64,000 bases of DNA. Origin: Lingula anatina (Eukaryota; Animalia; Brachiopoda). Where the stretch lies: NCBI GenBank assembly GCA_051362555.1, contig CM120646.1:5704001-5768000 (forward strand), in the 5' to 3' direction. This document shows, piece after piece, positions 60,283-64,000 of the stretch. Within the stretch, counting starts at the first letter, position 1; each line of letters starts with the position of its first letter. Position numbers and translations under genes: made by a program. The notes under the pieces were generated by a model. That model had not been told where the DNA came from and searched no databases. It saw only the letters and a list, made by a program, of their open reading frames with translations.

Positions 60283-62324
60283 TTACTTTAAATCTAGATC
60301 ATAACCAAATATATCTGCGTCAGTTTTATACATAGTCTGTAGCTCTTTGATCATCCAAGGTTTCAGAGTCTTGAAATGTTTGGAGACCAAATCCTTGGTT
60401 TTGTATTTTGCAAAGTCAACATTGTCTGACTGCGGATAGGTGATTTCGTCAATCCCCAGCATTTTTAAAAGATTGTTGGAATCCTCAACAATGGTTTCGT
60501 ATCTTCCTATGACGTCATAGTCGACGCTGCAGGGATGGCATAAGGAGTGCTGAATACCCCAATGAATATCAGGATGCTTTTTGGTATCTATCACATACTG
60601 GATATATTCTGGGAATGTTACATTGTACTCCATCACCTTTTTATGTGTTACGTTCTGTTTTTTGTGAATAGAACGTAAAACGTAGCTCGAAATTTTTCGG
60701 TCGTAATGATCATTTTTGGCTCTTTGAAGTTTTTCTCTGAAAAATGAGACCAATCTCTCGAATGGATGCCTCGTGATAAAAACTTTAGTGTAGCTTTTCA
60801 GTCTGGCGTCACTGTCTGATCTGCTCTTAAATGATTTTAATCTTTTCAACACTTTGTTGGACAATCCTTCGTGTACTCCAGTCTTACTCAGGGACCATAT
60901 GTAAGACCTGTTGTAGTTGCACGTCATCAGAAGCATGATTCTTTTCCAGTTTGTACAGCCAGCTTTGGGAATTTCACAGAAGATGAACTTGTGGTGATCA
61001 TCCACCCAATACTGACGTAAAGCTCGCCCTGCCGGTAGTGGTATTGGCTCGATTTTGTGTAGCGCACATTTGCGGCGTATGAATTCTTTCCGCTTTGTAA
61101 TTGCCTCTGCCCACGATGTACATGTATTAACTGTTGAAGCGTTCATTCGCGGAGGAACCTGGAAAAAATAGATGGATAAAGAAAGCATATAAGGGTGTTT
61201 GACAAAGAGCAATTTATAGATAAGAGAAATAATCTACATGGTACAAAAAATTTTTTTTTGACGATTTCACTCAGATGCGTGGTCAAATTGACATCTGTTG
61301 ATAATTTTTCTCAGTAAAGTGAGTGCAATTAAATCATATTATATATGACGTATATATTATTTATGCAAAGCGAGTGTGGAAATATTGACTGTTTAAGATG
61401 AGTATTTTGGCCACAATTGCGTCGAGATGTCGTGAAACATTTTCCATGCAGAACAGAATCTACCGACATTGGCGGAGAGAGTAAAGCAAGCTTAACTATG
61501 TTTCATACTTTCTCATGAACCATCTTTGGCTCTTTCTCCGTGAGTAGTTTTTCTGTGAATCCTTTCAGTTCACAACTTTTCAGCGTCTCTGCTTTCACTA
61601 ATACTGTTGTTTTTGGTGAGCTGGTTGTTTTGGAGACATTCCATGTTGCTTCAGATTTTCTCCTATTAGCTTCGGCTTTCCCCCGAGATGCTTTGGCTTG
61701 CAGATTATCTTCACTAGTTTCACTAATGTTGGGGAAGGTTTGCTTCACATCTTTCTTTACTTTGTCCTTGCGAATCTGTCGATAAAGAGAGATGCAAAAA
61801 ATACTTTCAACACTTATTTGTTTTGTATTAGAAATTTGAACTTCCAATTGGATTTTAAGGGATAAAATTTTTCCTATTGCCATGTGGTCACGTAAATACT
61901 GTATAGAAACAGACTTAGTCGAAGCTTTTTTAATGAAAAATTTTTATCTTTGAAAAATTAAATTTATCAGAGATATTAAATGTCCAGATCCTGTGGAAGA
62001 GCGTTCTTTGACACTCCTCTTTCTCTTAATTGGAGAGTCTATAGAGGTTGAAATTTTGTCCATTTTATTTCTTTTAATTTTCTTTTTCGTTACGCCTTTT
62101 GCAACCAGCTGACTCCTAGAGAACGAACATAATAATGTATATCTTACCAACATTTCCCCTCCTTTTATAAGACCTGTCTCCTTAACGTGCTTATCAACTG
62201 CTATGTCGTTGCGTCCAATTTCTGAGAAGATAAAACTATATTAGATATTGATATCATATGGCGGCGACATTGGCCGAATATCAATCGAATCTGTCCTGGA
62301 ACATGTTTGGTAAGTTGAACAAAA

Positions 62325-62363
<39 letters not shown>

Positions 62364-62538
62364 GCAGTGCTGTAATCAATAATATATCCTGACAGAATTC
62401 GCATTTATATGAAATTGGTGGTGGTGGATTCGTGTATAAAGTTATCATTTACTCACTTAGAGGTGCATAAACCATCCATGCTATTATGCCGACAGTGAAA
62501 ATAACAATACCTCGAATTACTACCGGCCTGGTCTTCAT
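60283..62538 (-). CDS. Carbohydrate sulfotransferase (CHST8-14/CHST11-like), copy 3, ~432 aa
   Basis: Exons 62457-62538 (MKTRPVVIRGIVIFTVGIIAWMVYAPL), 62148-62221, 61509-61775, 60283-61158; GT-AG, in frame; PAPS-binding motifs intact. Confidence 0.9.
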
Positions 62539-63385
62539 GTTGTCTATCAACAAATAAATAAATAAATAAATAAATATATAAATTAATAAAACAAAAAATT
62601 AGAAAAGCACTCAGCGGAAACTTCTACCAAGACAAATAATTAACTAGCAATTAACCATTTATTAATAATAGATCGTTAGCAGCTACAAGATTGACATAAT
62701 CCACTATCAAACTGATTGAACATGCAATATAAATCTACTACAATTGCTTTCAATTTAAGCTTTAATAATATCATTGGTATAAGTCATAGTTGTTCATTTG
62801 GTTAAATATTTCTCAACTTACTCGGTGCGACCAAGTACCTTGAATAGCCTCTTCTAGATGGTTTGGATGATAAGTCTAAAATTTAGAATGAATTCTTGGA
62901 TGTTTTACTTTAACCTATGCGCCTTTGCTTTTTAACGACGGAGTATGCAGCCACCTGCATGCAGCAGGGTATATTTTAAATTTAGATGTTTAATCATCTG
63001 TAAGTCAGAAGGCCCCTATAAAGTTTTTGCATTGAATGTCTGTGGCTGCCATATTCTGAAAAGTGGAAATAAGTCTGCTTTTTTATTGAATGGAACCCCT
63101 TGCTACGCAATACTGTAAGAATTGTATTCATTGCGGGGTCTAACAAATCTTTGAAGCAAAATATCACATTATAACCCCTGATATTTGTTGATAGCGCAAT
63201 CTAAGGAGCTAGTTGAGGCTTTCCCACATGATATGAACACAGCAGTTCTTCACGGTTGCTGATGCCCCTGGGTTCTGGTATGCCTGGATGGTACCGTGGT
63301 CTTCGTGATACGAGATATACCACCTGTATATCAGAATAAAATAAAATTGTGAAATAAAGTAGCAATCTAAATAGTTGGAAAATGT

Positions 63386-63423
<38 letters not shown>

Positions 63424-63534
63424 ATTCACTGTTGCTTTCCCTGTTTCATTTGAAAGAGGTGAATTCAGATACTACAGAGTTCAACGTGACAATGTGATGA
63501 GGATAAAACGACCTTCGTTGAGCCCTGACTCTAA

Positions 63535-63790
63535 CCCCAACGACCAGCGTTTATCAAGATCGCCAGATTTGAACCACATAGACAACCTGTGGTTAGGTCA
63601 TTACTCGCCGAATCAACGGCCAACTGGTCCTATATGTACATCAAAAGCGAACCAAATCGGACAAAATTTGACCGATGCCTGGAATGTTATTCTAGATCAA
63701 ACCCTGAAAACCTATCTCAAGGAATGCCTTGTCGCTTGAGAGCGCTGGTAGCAGCCAGATGCGGTCAGACGCACTAGCGACCGTTGCTGT
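63535..63790 (+). mobile_element. Decayed Tc1 transposase C-terminal fragment
   Basis: RSPDLNHIDNLW ... DAWNVI, frameshifted into MPCRLRALVAARCGQTH* (Tc1 consensus PDLNPIEHLW...MPRRLRAVIAARGGHTRY). Confidence 0.75.
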
Positions 63791-64000
63791 GACTAGACAG
63801 CTGACATGAGGGTCCTTTGTGGGGCGTGTAACTCTATGACGATTTGGAAAACATGGAGATCCAAAATATCGCTTTTTTATGGCTGTCGTATGACTTAGGA
63901 TCAGCAATGTATTTTTGTTTGCTTCACTGGCGAATTCAATTAATGAACTGATGTCGCAATGACATCAAAGATATTATTAAAAGCTATTAGAACACGATTT

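Overview
AT-rich animal (invertebrate, probably lophotrochozoan/mollusc-like; inferred, not proven) genomic DNA with spliceosomal introns, so the ORF track is fragmentary. Reconstructed genes: first coding exon of an ENPP6-like ectophosphodiesterase (-); an intronless GT32/Caps_synth-type DXD glycosyltransferase (-); a complete 30-exon coatomer alpha gene (COPA, -, 7333-29174, ~1226 aa); an 8-exon GT7 beta-1,4-galactosyltransferase-family gene (-) head-to-head with an intronless GT31 beta-1,3-glycosyltransferase (+); and three tandem CHST8-14-family carbohydrate sulfotransferases (-). Top observations: (1) COPA has two intact 110-nt versions of exon 6 (27067-27176 and 25955-26064), which look like a mutually exclusive exon pair in the dilysine cargo-binding WD40 propeller; (2) six Golgi glycan-building/sulfating enzyme genes from four unrelated families surround COPA, a candidate animal sulfated-glycan biosynthetic gene cluster. 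Introns and intergenic DNA carry a long-TIR Academ-like element, hAT elements with 6- and 5-bp TSDs, a Helentron-type element with a 146-bp satellite containing DR1 motifs, Harbinger/Kolobok-like MITEs, an RTE LINE fragment and Tc1/mariner remnants.
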